Assembly: GCA_037142615.1 (NCBI GenBank)
Contig: JBAXAI010000001.1
Location: 64,001-128,000 of the forward strand
DNA from: Spirochaetales bacterium
GTDB lineage: Bacteria; Spirochaetota; Spirochaetia; JABEVK01
Length of the DNA stretch: 64,000 nucleotides
Reading direction: 5' to 3'
Position numbers and translations under genes: made by a program. Positions 8,753 through 18,924 of this stretch are shown piece by piece (within the stretch, counting starts at the first letter, position 1; each line of letters starts with the position of its first letter). Below the pieces are notes generated by a model. The model was not told where the DNA came from and made no database searches. It saw only the letters and a program-made list of their open reading frames with translations.

Positions 8753-9507
8753 CAGGCGAACCACCCACGGTACGAGAGTTCTGCTGGCGCTGCTTCTGGC
8801 CCAAGGAACGCTGCTGGTGCGACGAGATCACCACCATGGCGGTGCGCACGCGGTTTGTTTTTCTGATGCATCCCAAAGAGTACAAGCAGGAAAAGAACGG
8901 CACTGGCCGCCTCACCGCGTTGGCCCTGAGAGATAGCCTCATCGAGATGGGAATCGGCTTCGACGACAATCCGGTGGTGCAGGGACTGATCAGCGACCCA
9001 GCGAACTACCCGATGCTGCTTTACCCCGGCGACGGAGCCCGCAACGTGTCCGACGGCACCTTGGCCCCGGCCGACCTGGACGGGCGCCGACTGGTGGTCT
9101 TCTTGCTTGACGGAACCTGGGCCTGCGCCAAAAAAATGCTCAAGCTGAGCCCGAGCCTGCAGCGCCTCGACAAGCTGATGTTCACACCCACCGAGAAGAG
9201 CCGGTTCGTCATCAAGCGGCAACCGCATGAGTTGTGCCTGAGCACACTTGAGGCCACGCACCAGTTCCTTTTGGCGCTCGAAGCGGCAGGGCTCGACGTG
9301 TACCCCGACCGCGAGCAACTTCCGCGGGTGTTCCAGGCGATGCAAGACTACCAGATCGCCTGCGCCAGCGATCCCGAGCGTCACGGGTACCGACGCAAGG
9401 CCTACAAACTGCCCGAACAACGCGACACGCTGCCCCAGCACCGCAAGGGCCACCGCAACCTCTTCTGGAAGCCGTTTGACCCGGCGAACCTTCCCAAGTC
9501 GCGCTGA
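8749..9507 (+). CDS. DTW-domain tRNA-uridine aminocarboxypropyltransferase (TapT/YfiP-like)
   Basis: N-terminal CxxC...CxC, HPKE, NGTG, LLYP, LDGTW, LSTLEA. Confidence 0.88.
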   Translation: MTGEPPTVREFCWRCFWPKERCWCDEITTMAVRTRFVFLMHPKEYKQEKNGTGRLTALALRDSLIEMGIGFDDNPVVQGLISDPANYPMLLYPGDGARNVSDGTLAPADLDGRRLVVFLLDGTWACAKKMLKLSPSLQRLDKLMFTPTEKSRFVIKRQPHELCLSTLEATHQFLLALEAAGLDVYPDREQLPRVFQAMQDYQIACASDPERHGYRRKAYKLPEQRDTLPQHRKGHRNLFWKPFDPANLPKSR

Positions 9508-9573
9508 GTTGCCGATTGGGCCGAAATCACGGACATTGACCTTCAGGCGCCCGGGCGCCGAAGGAGACTTTTC

Positions 9574-10473
9574 ATGTCAGTTCGCGGCATCCGTTCCATC
9601 ACAGCCTCGCAGCCCACCATGGAGGGAGCCGGGGTGAGGCTGCGCCGGGGCTTCGGCTTTGGCACCACCACCGAGTTCGATCCGTTCCTGCTGTTCGATG
9701 ATTTTCGTGGCGATCAGGCCGCTGACTACCAGGCAGGCTTTCCCTGGCATCCGCACCGGGGTATCGAAACCATTACCTACGTGCTCGCGGGCCAGGTGGA
9801 ACATCGCGACAGCCTGGGAAACCGCGGCCTCATGAAGCCGGGCGATCTGCAGTGGATGACCGCCGGCCGGGGCATCATCCATCAGGAAATGCCCGAAGGC
9901 GACGAGGGCGGCCGAATGCACGGGTTTCAGTTGTGGGCCAACCTGCCGGCCCGCCTCAAGATGACCGCGCCGCGCTACCAGGACATTCCCAGCCAGGCCG
10001 TGGCCGAAATTCACGAGGACGACGGTACCATCGTGCGCGTGCTGGCGGGCCATTTTTGGGGCAAAACCGGGCCGGTTGAGGGCATCGCCGCCGATCCGAC
10101 CTACCTCGATTTTTTTATCCCCGCCGGAGTGACCCGCCGGATTCCGGTCGCGGTGGACCGGCATGCCTTCGCCTATGTGTTTGAGGGCAAAGGGTTCTTT
10201 CACGACGCCTCGGAACCGCAGGGGGTGCTGACGGAGGACTTGGCCACCGACCTGGTGACCCGCGCACGTCCAGCCGAGAACCGCCACCTCGTCCTGTTCG
10301 ACCAAGGCGACGAAATCGTGGTGTCAGCCGGCCCGGTAGGACTGCGGTTCCTGTTGGCGACGGGAACACCCCTGGGCGAACCTGTCGCTTGGATGGGCCC
10401 CATCGTGATGAACACGCAGCAGGAGATTCGGCAGGCGCAAAGGGATCTGAACGACGGGACGTTCATCCGTTAA
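9574..10473 (+). CDS. Pirin family protein
   Basis: DPFLLFD, GFPWHPHRGIETITY, WMTAGRGIIHQE, GPIVMNT. Confidence 0.95.
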   Translation: MSVRGIRSITASQPTMEGAGVRLRRGFGFGTTTEFDPFLLFDDFRGDQAADYQAGFPWHPHRGIETITYVLAGQVEHRDSLGNRGLMKPGDLQWMTAGRGIIHQEMPEGDEGGRMHGFQLWANLPARLKMTAPRYQDIPSQAVAEIHEDDGTIVRVLAGHFWGKTGPVEGIAADPTYLDFFIPAGVTRRIPVAVDRHAFAYVFEGKGFFHDASEPQGVLTEDLATDLVTRARPAENRHLVLFDQGDEIVVSAGPVGLRFLLATGTPLGEPVAWMGPIVMNTQQEIRQAQRDLNDGTFIR

Positions 10474-10474
10474 T

Positions 10475-10503
10475 TTGACCGCCACGACAAAGCGACGTAC
10501 CTT
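10475..10503 (+). promoter_or_regulatory. sigma70-type leaderless promoter for the aldo/keto reductase
   Basis: TTGACC-17 bp-TACCTT, 6 nt to ATG 10510; no SD. Confidence 0.65.
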
Positions 10504-10509
10504 GCGCAC

Positions 10510-11496
10510 ATGAAAACAAGAACCTTGGGTAGGAACGGTCCCGTCGTCTCGGCAATCGGCTTGGGCTGCATGGGCATGTCGGACTTCTACGGACCTTCGG
10601 ACAATGCGGCCTCGGAGACGTTGCTCCGGCAGGCTGTCGATCTGGGCCTCAACTTTTTCGACACGGCCGACATGTACGGCGTGGGGGCCAACGAATCGCT
10701 GCTGGGATTTTCGCTTCGGGCCGTTCGCGACCACGTGGTGATCGCCACCAAGTTCGGCAACATGCGCCGGCTCGATGGGGCCCACTTGGGCGTCAACGGC
10801 CGACCGGAATACGTCAAGGCCGCCTGCGACCAGAGCCTCAAGCGCCTGGGGGTTGACCACATCGATTTGTACTACCAGCATCGCGTTGACCCGGCGGTTC
10901 CGATCGAAGAAACCGTCGGCGCCATGGCCGAACTGGTCGCAGCCGGCAAAGTGAAATACCTGGGGCTTTCGGAAGCCGGGCCCGACACCATCCGGCGTGC
11001 CCACCGGGTTCACCCCATCACGGCGCTCCAGACCGAACTGAGCCTGTGGACGCGCGACGCCCAGGGCGACATCTTGGCCACCTTGCGCGAACTGGGCATC
11101 GGTTTTGTCGCCTACAGCCCGTTGGGCCGTGGCTTTCTCACCGGCGCGTTTTCCACTCCCAGTGACTTCGCGGCCGGCGATTTCCGGTCGGTGAACCCCC
11201 GCATGAGCGGTGAGAACTTCGCCGCCAACCGCAAACTGGTCAGCGAGGTCGAGGCCTTGGCCGCTGAAAAAGGGGTCACCACGGCTCAGTTGTCCCTTGC
11301 CTGGGTTCTCGCGCAAGGAGACGACATTGTGCCGATTCCCGGCACCCGCCGCTTGAAGTACCTGAAAGACAACCTCGCGGCGACGGAAATCGGCCTTGAC
11401 CCCACGGAACTGGCCCGCCTGACCGACGTGTTTTCACCCGGCGCTGTGGCGGGCACGCGCTACGACGAGAACGGCATGAAGCGCGTCGGTCTCTAG
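10510..11496 (+). CDS. Aldo/keto reductase (AKR13-like)
   Basis: [46 protein letters not shown]. Confidence 0.95.
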   Translation: MKTRTLGRNGPVVSAIGLGCMGMSDFYGPSDNAASETLLRQAVDLGLNFFDTADMYGVGANESLLGFSLRAVRDHVVIATKFGNMRRLDGAHLGVNGRPEYVKAACDQSLKRLGVDHIDLYYQHRVDPAVPIEETVGAMAELVAAGKVKYLGLSEAGPDTIRRAHRVHPITALQTELSLWTRDAQGDILATLRELGIGFVAYSPLGRGFLTGAFSTPSDFAAGDFRSVNPRMSGENFAANRKLVSEVEALAAEKGVTTAQLSLAWVLAQGDDIVPIPGTRRLKYLKDNLAATEIGLDPTELARLTDVFSPGAVAGTRYDENGMKRVGL

Positions 11497-11536
11497 GATT
11501 GGCAAGACGGGCCGATATTCAAACCAGAGGTGAACC

Positions 11537-12307
11537 ATGTACGGCTTGGAAGTCGACCTTTTCGCGCAGATGACAAGGCTCAGAGACGAGTTCGGCGTCG
11601 AGTACCTCAAAGCCGAGTTCGAGGCTGAGGGTTCCAGTTTTCGCGACTTGGTCCGGCTTCGGCGCCTGAGCGCCTCGGCCGGCATGGGCCTGCTGATCAA
11701 AATCGGTGGGTGCGAGGTCGTCCGCGACCTGCGCGACGCGCTGGAGTTGGGGGCCGACGCCATCGTCGCCCCGATGATCGAGAGCCCTTTCGCGCTGGCC
11801 AAGTTCTGGGAAGCCGCCAACAAGGTGTTCCGTACCGGACGCCGCCCGCGACTGGCGTTCAACGTCGAGACCCGGGCCTGCGTCGAAAACCTCGACGGCA
11901 TCTTGGAATACGGCTTGGGCAAGATGGATGGGTTCACCATCGGCCGCAGCGATCTTTCCGGCTCGTACTTTGACCCGTTCGTCACCCCCGACAGCGCGTT
12001 CCTTCTGGACATCGTTGAGGATGTTGCCTCCAGAGCAGCCACGGCGGGTTGGGATGTCTGGATGGGAGGGAGCCTGAGCCAAAAAAGCATCGCCGTGCTC
12101 GAACAGCGCCCCCGGTTGCGCCAGGCGGTCCGCCACTACGAAACCCGCAAGGTTGTGTTGCCAGGCGCCCAGGTGTTTGCCCGCCCCGAAATCGTCGGCG
12201 AAGCTCTCAAGTTCGAGGAACTCTATCTGCTGAGCCGAAAAGAGATCCTCGACGACGCCACGGCCGACGACCGCCAGCGGTTGGCCGTGCTGAAAAGCCG
12301 CCGCTAG
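11537..12307 (+). CDS. HpcH/HpaI aldolase/citrate-lyase-like protein
   Basis: KAEFEAEG, IKIGGCE, VAPMIES, NVET, TIGRSDLSGS. Confidence 0.7.
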   Translation: MYGLEVDLFAQMTRLRDEFGVEYLKAEFEAEGSSFRDLVRLRRLSASAGMGLLIKIGGCEVVRDLRDALELGADAIVAPMIESPFALAKFWEAANKVFRTGRRPRLAFNVETRACVENLDGILEYGLGKMDGFTIGRSDLSGSYFDPFVTPDSAFLLDIVEDVASRAATAGWDVWMGGSLSQKSIAVLEQRPRLRQAVRHYETRKVVLPGAQVFARPEIVGEALKFEELYLLSRKEILDDATADDRQRLAVLKSRR

Positions 12308-12313
12308 GCCAGC

Positions 12314-14023
12314 ATGATCCTCATCGCGTTTGCTTTTCTGGCCGGCATCGTCACCATCCTTTCGCCCTGCATTCTGCCAGTGTTGCCTCTCGTGCTCGGC
12401 GGCACCGCGGGCCAGGGCCGCCTGAGACCGTGGGGCATCGTGGCCGGGTTCATCGGTAGTTTTACCCTGTTCACCCTCACTCTCAGTTCACTCGTCCAGA
12501 CTCTGAACCTGCCGCCGGATCTGTTGCGGTGGGTGGCCGCAGGTCTGGTGGCCGTGTTCGGCATCGTCCTGGTGGTTCCGCAGTTCAAGGACGCGTTTTT
12601 GGCGCTGGCCACCCGGTTGGTCTCGCGTTCGGCGCCGGCACCCGTCGGGTTCCCCGCCGCCGCGAGTCGGTGGGGAGGCCTGGTGCCTGGCCTGCTGCTC
12701 GGGTTCAGCCTGGGTGTGGTGTGGACCCCTTGCGTGGGCCCCATCATGGCCAGCGTCATCAGCCTTTCGCTGACCCAGACGGTCACTTCGGACAGCGTGC
12801 TGATCACTTTGGCGTACGCTTGTGGCACGGCCGTTCCCCTGCTTGCCATCCTGCTGGGCGGGCGCCGACTGTTGCAGAGATTTCCTTTCCTGGTAAAGAG
12901 TTCTGGGGCGGTTCAGCGGGTGTTTGGGGGTCTGATGCTCCTGACGGCCGTGGCGTTGCTGACCGGGGCCGACCGCCAGGTGCAGGTGTGGGTTCTGACG
13001 ACGTTTCCGCAGTACGGCACCGGTTTGACGGCGCTGGAGGACCAGAGTGTCGTCCGCGAGGAGTTGGCCAAGCTGGAGCCGACGCGTGCTTCGACGCCGG
13101 TTGCCCAACCGTTGTCGCTGGCGTCGGGAGCTTGGATCAACTCGCCGCCTTTATCGCTCGATGGCCTCAAGGGCAAAGTGGTTCTGCTCGACTTCTGGAC
13201 CTACAGCTGCGTCAATTGCGTGCGGACACTGCCCTACTTACGAGCTTGGTACGAAAAGTACAAAGGCGAGGGATTGGTGATCGTCGGGGTCCACAGCCCT
13301 GAGTTTGCCTTTGAGAGGTCCGAAGCCAACGTCCGCCAGGCGGTCAAGGATCTGGGGGTGACCTGGCCGGTGGTGCAAGACAACGCGTTCGGCATCTGGA
13401 ATGCCTATCAAAACAAGTTCTGGCCCTCGCACTACCTGTATGGCCGCGACGGCGAACTGCTCGAGACGCACTCCGGTGAGGGGGGCTACGCCGAAACCGA
13501 GGCCCTGATCGTCCGGGCCCTGGGCCTGCGGCCGACCGCAGGGGCTTCCCCTGCTTCGATGGGCACAGTGGCCGGGGCCATTTCGGTTTCCAGCGGGCCA
13601 CTGACCCCGGAAACCTACCTTGGGTACGCACGCGGAGCCCGGTTTGCGAGCCCGCAAGACGTCGCGGCCGACAGCGAAGCGCAGTATTCGCTGCCAACAA
13701 CCCTTGCCACCGATGAATGGGCGCTGGCCGGGCGCTGGACCATCGGCTCCGAAGCGTCCACCGCGACCAAGGGAGCCCGCCTTTTGCTGCATTTTCAAGG
13801 GCAGAGAGTCTACTTGGTCCTCCGACCCGTTCCGGGAGAAGCTGCGCACATAACGGTGAAGATCGGTGGAAGGCCGGCCAACGGAGGCGACGTCCACGAC
13901 GGCGTGCTGACCCTCGACAAGGACCGCCTTTACCAAGTTGTGGACCAAACCGACTCGGGTGAGGGTCTGCTTGAGCTCGAAATGGCTGGGCAGGTCGCCG
14001 TCTACGCCTTCACGTTTGGCTGA
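12314..14023 (+). CDS. dipZ: DipZ-like protein (CcdA/DsbD membrane domain + thioredoxin + C-terminal domain)
   Basis: LSPCILPVLP and WTPCVGP; DFWTYSCVNC; VHSPEFAFE; TPETYLGY; AFTFG terminus. Confidence 0.9.
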   Translation: MILIAFAFLAGIVTILSPCILPVLPLVLGGTAGQGRLRPWGIVAGFIGSFTLFTLTLSSLVQTLNLPPDLLRWVAAGLVAVFGIVLVVPQFKDAFLALATRLVSRSAPAPVGFPAAASRWGGLVPGLLLGFSLGVVWTPCVGPIMASVISLSLTQTVTSDSVLITLAYACGTAVPLLAILLGGRRLLQRFPFLVKSSGAVQRVFGGLMLLTAVALLTGADRQVQVWVLTTFPQYGTGLTALEDQSVVREELAKLEPTRASTPVAQPLSLASGAWINSPPLSLDGLKGKVVLLDFWTYSCVNCVRTLPYLRAWYEKYKGEGLVIVGVHSPEFAFERSEANVRQAVKDLGVTWPVVQDNAFGIWNAYQNKFWPSHYLYGRDGELLETHSGEGGYAETEALIVRALGLRPTAGASPASMGTVAGAISVSSGPLTPETYLGYARGARFASPQDVAADSEAQYSLPTTLATDEWALAGRWTIGSEASTATKGARLLLHFQGQRVYLVLRPVPGEAAHITVKIGGRPANGGDVHDGVLTLDKDRLYQVVDQTDSGEGLLELEMAGQVAVYAFTFG

Positions 14024-15294
14024 CTGCGTACCCACAAGGCCAGCGCCTTGGGCTCAAGTCCCGAGCGTGCCTCGCCGGTCGCCGTGTCCTTGCAGTTGAC
14101 ACCCGCCTCGGAGACCTGCGCCACGAAACGAATGCCCTTGGCTTCGGCGTACTTGTACTGTTGGGCAACCTTTTTGTCACAGAGGTACACCTCGGCGTTG
14201 AGGCCCTGGCTGCGTAGTTCCTGGGCCAACTTTTGTGCCGAGCCACCGGTACCGCTGAGCACCAGCACGTGACTCTTGCCTGCCACCGCCGCCGTCAGCC
14301 CCAGCTCTTCCAGGCCCGCCAGCAACCGGTCGAGGCCCACACTCGCGCCCACGCCCGGGAGCTCTTCCTTGGTGTACAAGTCGGCAAGGTTGTTGTAGCG
14401 GCCGCCCGACATCACCGAACCTAAGCCGGGCAATGCATCGAGGAAGGTTTCGTAGACGATTCCCGTATAATAGTCCAGGCCCCGGGTGATCGAAGGGTCC
14501 AGAACAAAACGTCCTGCGATACCAAGTTCGGTCATCAGGCCCGCAAGTTCGCGCAGACGCCGCGTGTCGTCGGCCTCACCCCCGGCAAGAGATTCCAGTG
14601 CGGTCAGGACCGTCAGGAAGTCGCCTTTGGCACCGATGTACTCCAGAATCCGTTTGGAGGCTTCGGGGGAAACCACTTCGCCCAAGAGTCGGCCCACTTC
14701 TGCGGCGCCTATCTTTGCCAGCTTGTCAACCGCCCTGAGCACGGCCACCGAGTGCTGACGGGCGCCCAGGGACTCCAGGAAGCGGTTGAAAATGCCCCTG
14801 TGACTGAGCCGGATGGTTGCCTTTCCGCCGACCAGAAGATCCATGGCCTGGGTCATCATCAAGAGGATCTCGAAGTCCGCAGCCGCCGTGTCGGCACCCA
14901 CGATGTCGAAATCGCACTGCACAAACTCACGGTAACGGCCCCGCTGCGTGTTCTCGCCCCGCCACACTTTGCCCATGTGATAGCGCTTGAATGGAAGCGC
15001 CAACTTGCTGGAGTTCGCCGCCATGAAGCGGGCAAAAGGGACCGTCAGGTCAAAACGCATGCTCACGTCGCGCCCGCCGTGGTCCTCAAAGCGGTACACC
15101 TGCTTGTCGGTCTCGCCGCCGCCTTTGCCCAGAAGCACCTCGGTGTATTCCAGAACGGGAGTGTCAATGGGAACGAAGCCAAAGGACTCGAAGACGGTCT
15201 CGAGCCCGGCCATCAGGGCCTTTTTGGGAATTTCCTGCTGGGGAAGGGAGTCGCGAAAGCCTTTGAGCACTTGGGGTTCGATCAGAGTTGCCAT
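14002..15294 (-). CDS. hisS: Histidine--tRNA ligase
   Basis: KGFRD, MRFDLTVPFAR, GRYREFVQCDFD, RGLDYYTG, GGRYNNL. Start ATG at 15294. Confidence 0.96.
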   Translation of the reverse strand: MATLIEPQVLKGFRDSLPQQEIPKKALMAGLETVFESFGFVPIDTPVLEYTEVLLGKGGGETDKQVYRFEDHGGRDVSMRFDLTVPFARFMAANSSKLALPFKRYHMGKVWRGENTQRGRYREFVQCDFDIVGADTAAADFEILLMMTQAMDLLVGGKATIRLSHRGIFNRFLESLGARQHSVAVLRAVDKLAKIGAAEVGRLLGEVVSPEASKRILEYIGAKGDFLTVLTALESLAGGEADDTRRLRELAGLMTELGIAGRFVLDPSITRGLDYYTGIVYETFLDALPGLGSVMSGGRYNNLADLYTKEELPGVGASVGLDRLLAGLEELGLTAAVAGKSHVLVLSGTGGSAQKLAQELRSQGLNAEVYLCDKKVAQQYKYAEAKGIRFVAQVSEAGVNCKDTATGEARSGLEPKALALWVRSQPNVKA

Positions 15295-15300
15295 GGGCCA

Positions 15301-15349
15301 AGGATACCTCAACCGCACTCTGGCGCGCAACGGACCCCGGGACGATACT
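15301..15349. promoter_or_regulatory. Nested divergent leaderless promoters (hisS / patatin)
   Basis: Minus: TTGCGC-18-TATCCT, 6 nt to ATG 15294. Plus: TGGCGC-17-GATACT, 6 nt to ATG 15356. Confidence 0.55.
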
Positions 15350-15355
15350 GAAGCT

Positions 15356-16942
15356 ATGGAACCGAGAGGAACCGACTTGCAGCAACTGGCCGACCTCACG
15401 CTGCGGCGTCTGGTGCCGCACGACGGCGCCACCAGGCAATGGCTTGCCCAAGCTTGCCGCCTGCGAACGGCCGAGCCCGGGGGCGAGCTGCTCACCGAGT
15501 CCGAGGAAGTCCAACTCGGCATCCTCCTTTCTGGCAGGCTCGAAACGGCTTTCCGTACCCTTCGGCCGGGAACGGCCTTTGGAGAAGAACCGTTTCTGGG
15601 CCGCGACCGTCACGAGCCTGGTTTCCGTGCCGCTCGCACCAGCGTGTACCTGTCGCTCTCGCTTGAGGACTTTGACCGTGGTCTGGCCCTGCATCCGACA
15701 GGTTTGATGGGATTCTTGCGCCAGTTGAGCCAGCAACACCCCCCGGCCAGCCGCGCGGTTTGGACCCTGGGGTCGGGTTGCGAGAGTTTGATTAAGTTGC
15801 TTCCGGGGAACTCCGGCGCGACCTTGCTGATGCCCCAGGTTGTCGATGAAGCTACTACGGCCCAATTGGCTGCCTTGGAGCAGCACCACGAGCGGGTTTT
15901 TCTGGTAGACGGCGAGGTCGAAGGCTGGAACGAGTTTTGCGCGGCTCAGAGCGACGGTTCGCTGAGCCTCAAGGCTGAAGGCCCCTGGCTGGTTCCGGTA
16001 TCGAGAGCCCAGGGGGAAGCGACCTTTCCCGGCTTGCCCGGTCGCCTTCGGATCGACGATCCAGAAGCCTGGGCCCGTTTGGTCCGGCTCCTCACCGGCG
16101 GGGCCCGCGGGCAAGTGCTTTCGGGCAGTGGAGCCCGAGGTTTTGCCCATATCGGCGAGCTTAAGGCCCTTTGCGAGCGCAAATTGGCCCCCGACAGCGT
16201 TGGCGGAGCCAGCATGGGCGCCCTCATCGCCTGCCTTTGGGCAGTCCATCAGGACGTGGCTGTTCTTGAGGACCTCGCTCGCGATCTGGGGCACTCCAGC
16301 CGTGTGCCCGACTGGACGATGGGTGCGACCTCGCTCACCTCGGGCCTCAAAGTTGCCCGCTTGCTCGAGGGGTTGTTTGGCGACCTCAGGTTTGAAGACC
16401 TTCCGCTGCCGGCCTTTTCCTTAGCCACCGACCTGACGGCTGCCCGGGAAGTTGTGTTCACCTCGGGGCGACTGCAAGACGCCGTCAGGGCCAGCCTCGC
16501 CATCCCCGGGGTGTTCTACCCTGTTGTCCGTGGCGGCGAGATTCTGGTCGACGGGGGTTTGATGAACAACCTTCCCATCGACGTGCTGGCCCAACGTTTG
16601 CCCCTGGGTCAGTTGCTTGCCGTCGACGTCACTGCGGCAGACTGGGAAACCGAGACCGGTTGGATTGGGGCCCCCTCGGCTGCCCGCCGGGCCTGGGATC
16701 AGGTTTGGGACCAATTGCACCCGTCGCACGCCGGAAAGGTGCCCTCGTTGGCCGATCTCCTCGTGCAGTCGCTTGAGGTCAACTCGCGGCGACGCTACCG
16801 GGAAACTTCGCACCTGCCGCACCGTTTGCTTGCGATCAATGTCACCGGCTTTGACCCACTGGACTTCGGCAATTGGAAGCGCCTGATCAACGAGGGCTAC
16901 CGGCAGGCTTGCCTTCAACTCGACAAACTTGATTCTATATAG
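15356..16942 (+). CDS. cNMP-binding domain + patatin-like phospholipase (NTE/RssA-like)
   Basis: N-terminal cNMP-like domain (LRPGTAFGE); patatin motifs GSGARG, GASMG, DGG. Confidence 0.85.
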   Translation: MEPRGTDLQQLADLTLRRLVPHDGATRQWLAQACRLRTAEPGGELLTESEEVQLGILLSGRLETAFRTLRPGTAFGEEPFLGRDRHEPGFRAARTSVYLSLSLEDFDRGLALHPTGLMGFLRQLSQQHPPASRAVWTLGSGCESLIKLLPGNSGATLLMPQVVDEATTAQLAALEQHHERVFLVDGEVEGWNEFCAAQSDGSLSLKAEGPWLVPVSRAQGEATFPGLPGRLRIDDPEAWARLVRLLTGGARGQVLSGSGARGFAHIGELKALCERKLAPDSVGGASMGALIACLWAVHQDVAVLEDLARDLGHSSRVPDWTMGATSLTSGLKVARLLEGLFGDLRFEDLPLPAFSLATDLTAAREVVFTSGRLQDAVRASLAIPGVFYPVVRGGEILVDGGLMNNLPIDVLAQRLPLGQLLAVDVTAADWETETGWIGAPSAARRAWDQVWDQLHPSHAGKVPSLADLLVQSLEVNSRRRYRETSHLPHRLLAINVTGFDPLDFGNWKRLINEGYRQACLQLDKLDSI

Positions 16943-16957
16943 AACTTGTGCTATATT
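16929..16957 (+). promoter_or_regulatory. sigma70-type leaderless promoter for the ArsR gene
   Basis: TTGATT-17-TATATT with extended TG, 6 nt to ATG 16964. Confidence 0.65.
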
Positions 16958-16963
16958 CTTGCT

Positions 16964-17266
16964 ATGACAGAAGCGCTTGAATGTCCCCCCGAGCTCTTGG
17001 AAGACTGGTCGGCTAAACTCAGGGTCTGTGGCCACCCCACGCGGCTCAAGATCCTGTGCCTCATCGAGAGGCAGGCGGCTTGCGTGACGGACCTTTGGCA
17101 GTGTCTCGAACAGCCGCAGCCGGTCGTGAGCCAGCATCTGTCGGTACTGCGCGAAAAGAACATCGTTGGAACCACCGTTCTGGGCAACAAACGCTTGTAT
17201 CACATCGAGGATTCCATGGTGCGACGCATGGTGCAGGACTTTCTCAAGGCCGCTGTTCCGGTCTAG
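16964..17266 (+). CDS. ArsR/SmtB-family transcriptional regulator
   Basis: GHPTRLKIL, CVTDL, QPVVSQHLSVLR. Confidence 0.9.
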   Translation: MTEALECPPELLEDWSAKLRVCGHPTRLKILCLIERQAACVTDLWQCLEQPQPVVSQHLSVLREKNIVGTTVLGNKRLYHIEDSMVRRMVQDFLKAAVPV

Positions 17267-17275
17267 TCTGGACCT

Positions 17276-18304
17276 ATGGTCGACGAAATCCGCTTTACGG
17301 CCGGGGAGTTTTCCACCCGCATCCGCTTCTATCACCAACCACAGGACTTGCTGGAGGGTGCCCAGCTCGCCGTCTTTGACGAAAACACGCGCAGTTTGGT
17401 ACCCGGCTACACGGGTCCCGACCTGGTTTGGCCTGCCGGAGAGGCGCACAAGACCTGGCCTCAGATCGACGCGCTCCTCGCCAGGGCTCTCGGGCTCGCC
17501 TTGGCTCGCGACAGCCTGCTCGCGGGCGTCGGTGGCGGGGTGGTCACCGACATGGCTGCCTTTGCCGCCAGCTTGTTTATGCGCGGTTGCCGGCTCGTTC
17601 TGGTGCCAACGACCCTGCTGGCCATGGTCGATGCGTCGCTCGGTGGCAAGACGGGCATCGACTACCACGGCTTCAAGAACCTCGTGGGAACCTTCTACCC
17701 GGCCCAGGAACTCCGAATCTGGCCCGGCTTTCTCCAGACTCTCCCGGAACGTGACTACCGCAGTGGCCTCGCCGAGGTGATCAAGCACGCCATGCTTGGT
17801 GAGCCAGGGCTTTGGGAACTCCTGTCAAAGTCCCACGAGGCCATCCTTGCCCGCGAGCCGGCCGTCCTCAACGAGTTGGTGTACCGGGCCATCATGGTCA
17901 AAGTCGGCGTTGTGGAACGCGACCTTCGGGAAGCGGGCGAGCGCGCCTTTCTCAACCTCGGCCACACGTTTGGGCACGCGCTCGAGTCGGTCATGACCTT
18001 TGATGGCACCTGGACCCATGGCGAGGCCGTTTGCTGGGGAATCGCGCGGGCGCTCGACCTGGGCGTCGGCCTTGGTCGCACCGATAAGGCTTGGCAGGCC
18101 GAGGTGTTGGCGATGCTGGGAGCCTATGGCTTCCGGTTGACGGCTGCGGGTGCCGTTCCCTCCGCGCTGTTGGCGGCAATGAAGAACGACAAGAAGAAAA
18201 AGGATGGTTTGGTCCGCTTTGTTTTGCAGGAAGCCATGGGAAAGACGTTCCAGCAACCCGTGCCCGATGACGACGTGCTCGCTTGCCTCGCGAGGGGTGT
18301 CTAG
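17276..18304 (+). CDS. aroB: 3-dehydroquinate synthase
   Basis: GEAHKT, GGGVVTD, PTTLLAMVDASLGGKTG, KNLVG, LNLGHTFGHALE, HGEAV, DKK. Confidence 0.95.
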   Translation: MVDEIRFTAGEFSTRIRFYHQPQDLLEGAQLAVFDENTRSLVPGYTGPDLVWPAGEAHKTWPQIDALLARALGLALARDSLLAGVGGGVVTDMAAFAASLFMRGCRLVLVPTTLLAMVDASLGGKTGIDYHGFKNLVGTFYPAQELRIWPGFLQTLPERDYRSGLAEVIKHAMLGEPGLWELLSKSHEAILAREPAVLNELVYRAIMVKVGVVERDLREAGERAFLNLGHTFGHALESVMTFDGTWTHGEAVCWGIARALDLGVGLGRTDKAWQAEVLAMLGAYGFRLTAAGAVPSALLAAMKNDKKKKDGLVRFVLQEAMGKTFQQPVPDDDVLACLARGV

Positions 18305-18305
18305 G

Positions 18306-18917
18306 ATGGATCCGCGCGCAGTGAACCTTCAAAAGAGTCTGCTGGCCTTTCAGGCCGGCGATGTGATCTTCCGCGAGGGCGAGCCGGGCGAAAATATGTA
18401 CATCGTGCTCGACGGCGAAGTCGAGATCCTCAAACAGGCCGGTGGAGGCAGCTCCAAAGTGCTTGCTACCGTGGGGAAGGGCGCATTCTTCGGTGAAATG
18501 GCCCTCATTGAGGACAGGCCCCGTTCGGCCAGCGCGGTGGCCACCACCGAGGGGCGGCTCCTGGTGATGAGCGATGCCCTGCTCGACTCGTATATTGTTA
18601 CCAATCCAGAGTTTGCGGCCAAGATGATCCGGAACCTCGCCCAGCGGCTGAGGGGGGCGAACAAACTCATCGAGCAGGCCTTGGTGGGCAATACTCTCAA
18701 GGTCGTGCAAGAAGGTCTGGTCGACTGGGCCCGTGAGAACGGCACCGATACCGTCAGGGGAACGCGTGTGAGCATACCGGCCTTTTCTGCCTGGGCTTCG
18801 CAGCACTTGGGCGTCCCGGAACGGAACATTCCCGACCTCCTCAAGACCCTTCTGGAGCGCGGGATTTTGGTCCCTTCGGCCCTCGGCGAACAAGAAGTGA
18901 TCTACCCGAAGAAGTAG
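18306..18917 (+). CDS. Crp/Fnr-like cyclic nucleotide-binding protein
   Basis: IFREGEPG, YIVLDGEVEI, FFGEMALI, RSASA; C-terminal wHTH-like segment. Confidence 0.85.
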   Translation: MDPRAVNLQKSLLAFQAGDVIFREGEPGENMYIVLDGEVEILKQAGGGSSKVLATVGKGAFFGEMALIEDRPRSASAVATTEGRLLVMSDALLDSYIVTNPEFAAKMIRNLAQRLRGANKLIEQALVGNTLKVVQEGLVDWARENGTDTVRGTRVSIPAFSAWASQHLGVPERNIPDLLKTLLERGILVPSALGEQEVIYPKK

Positions 18918-18924
18918 TCCAGAC

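Noticed and set aside
15356-16942. cNMP-patatin as a CBASS-type anti-phage effector
   Set aside because: There is no CD-NTase or other defence gene nearby; the architecture matches common NTE/RssA-like lipases.
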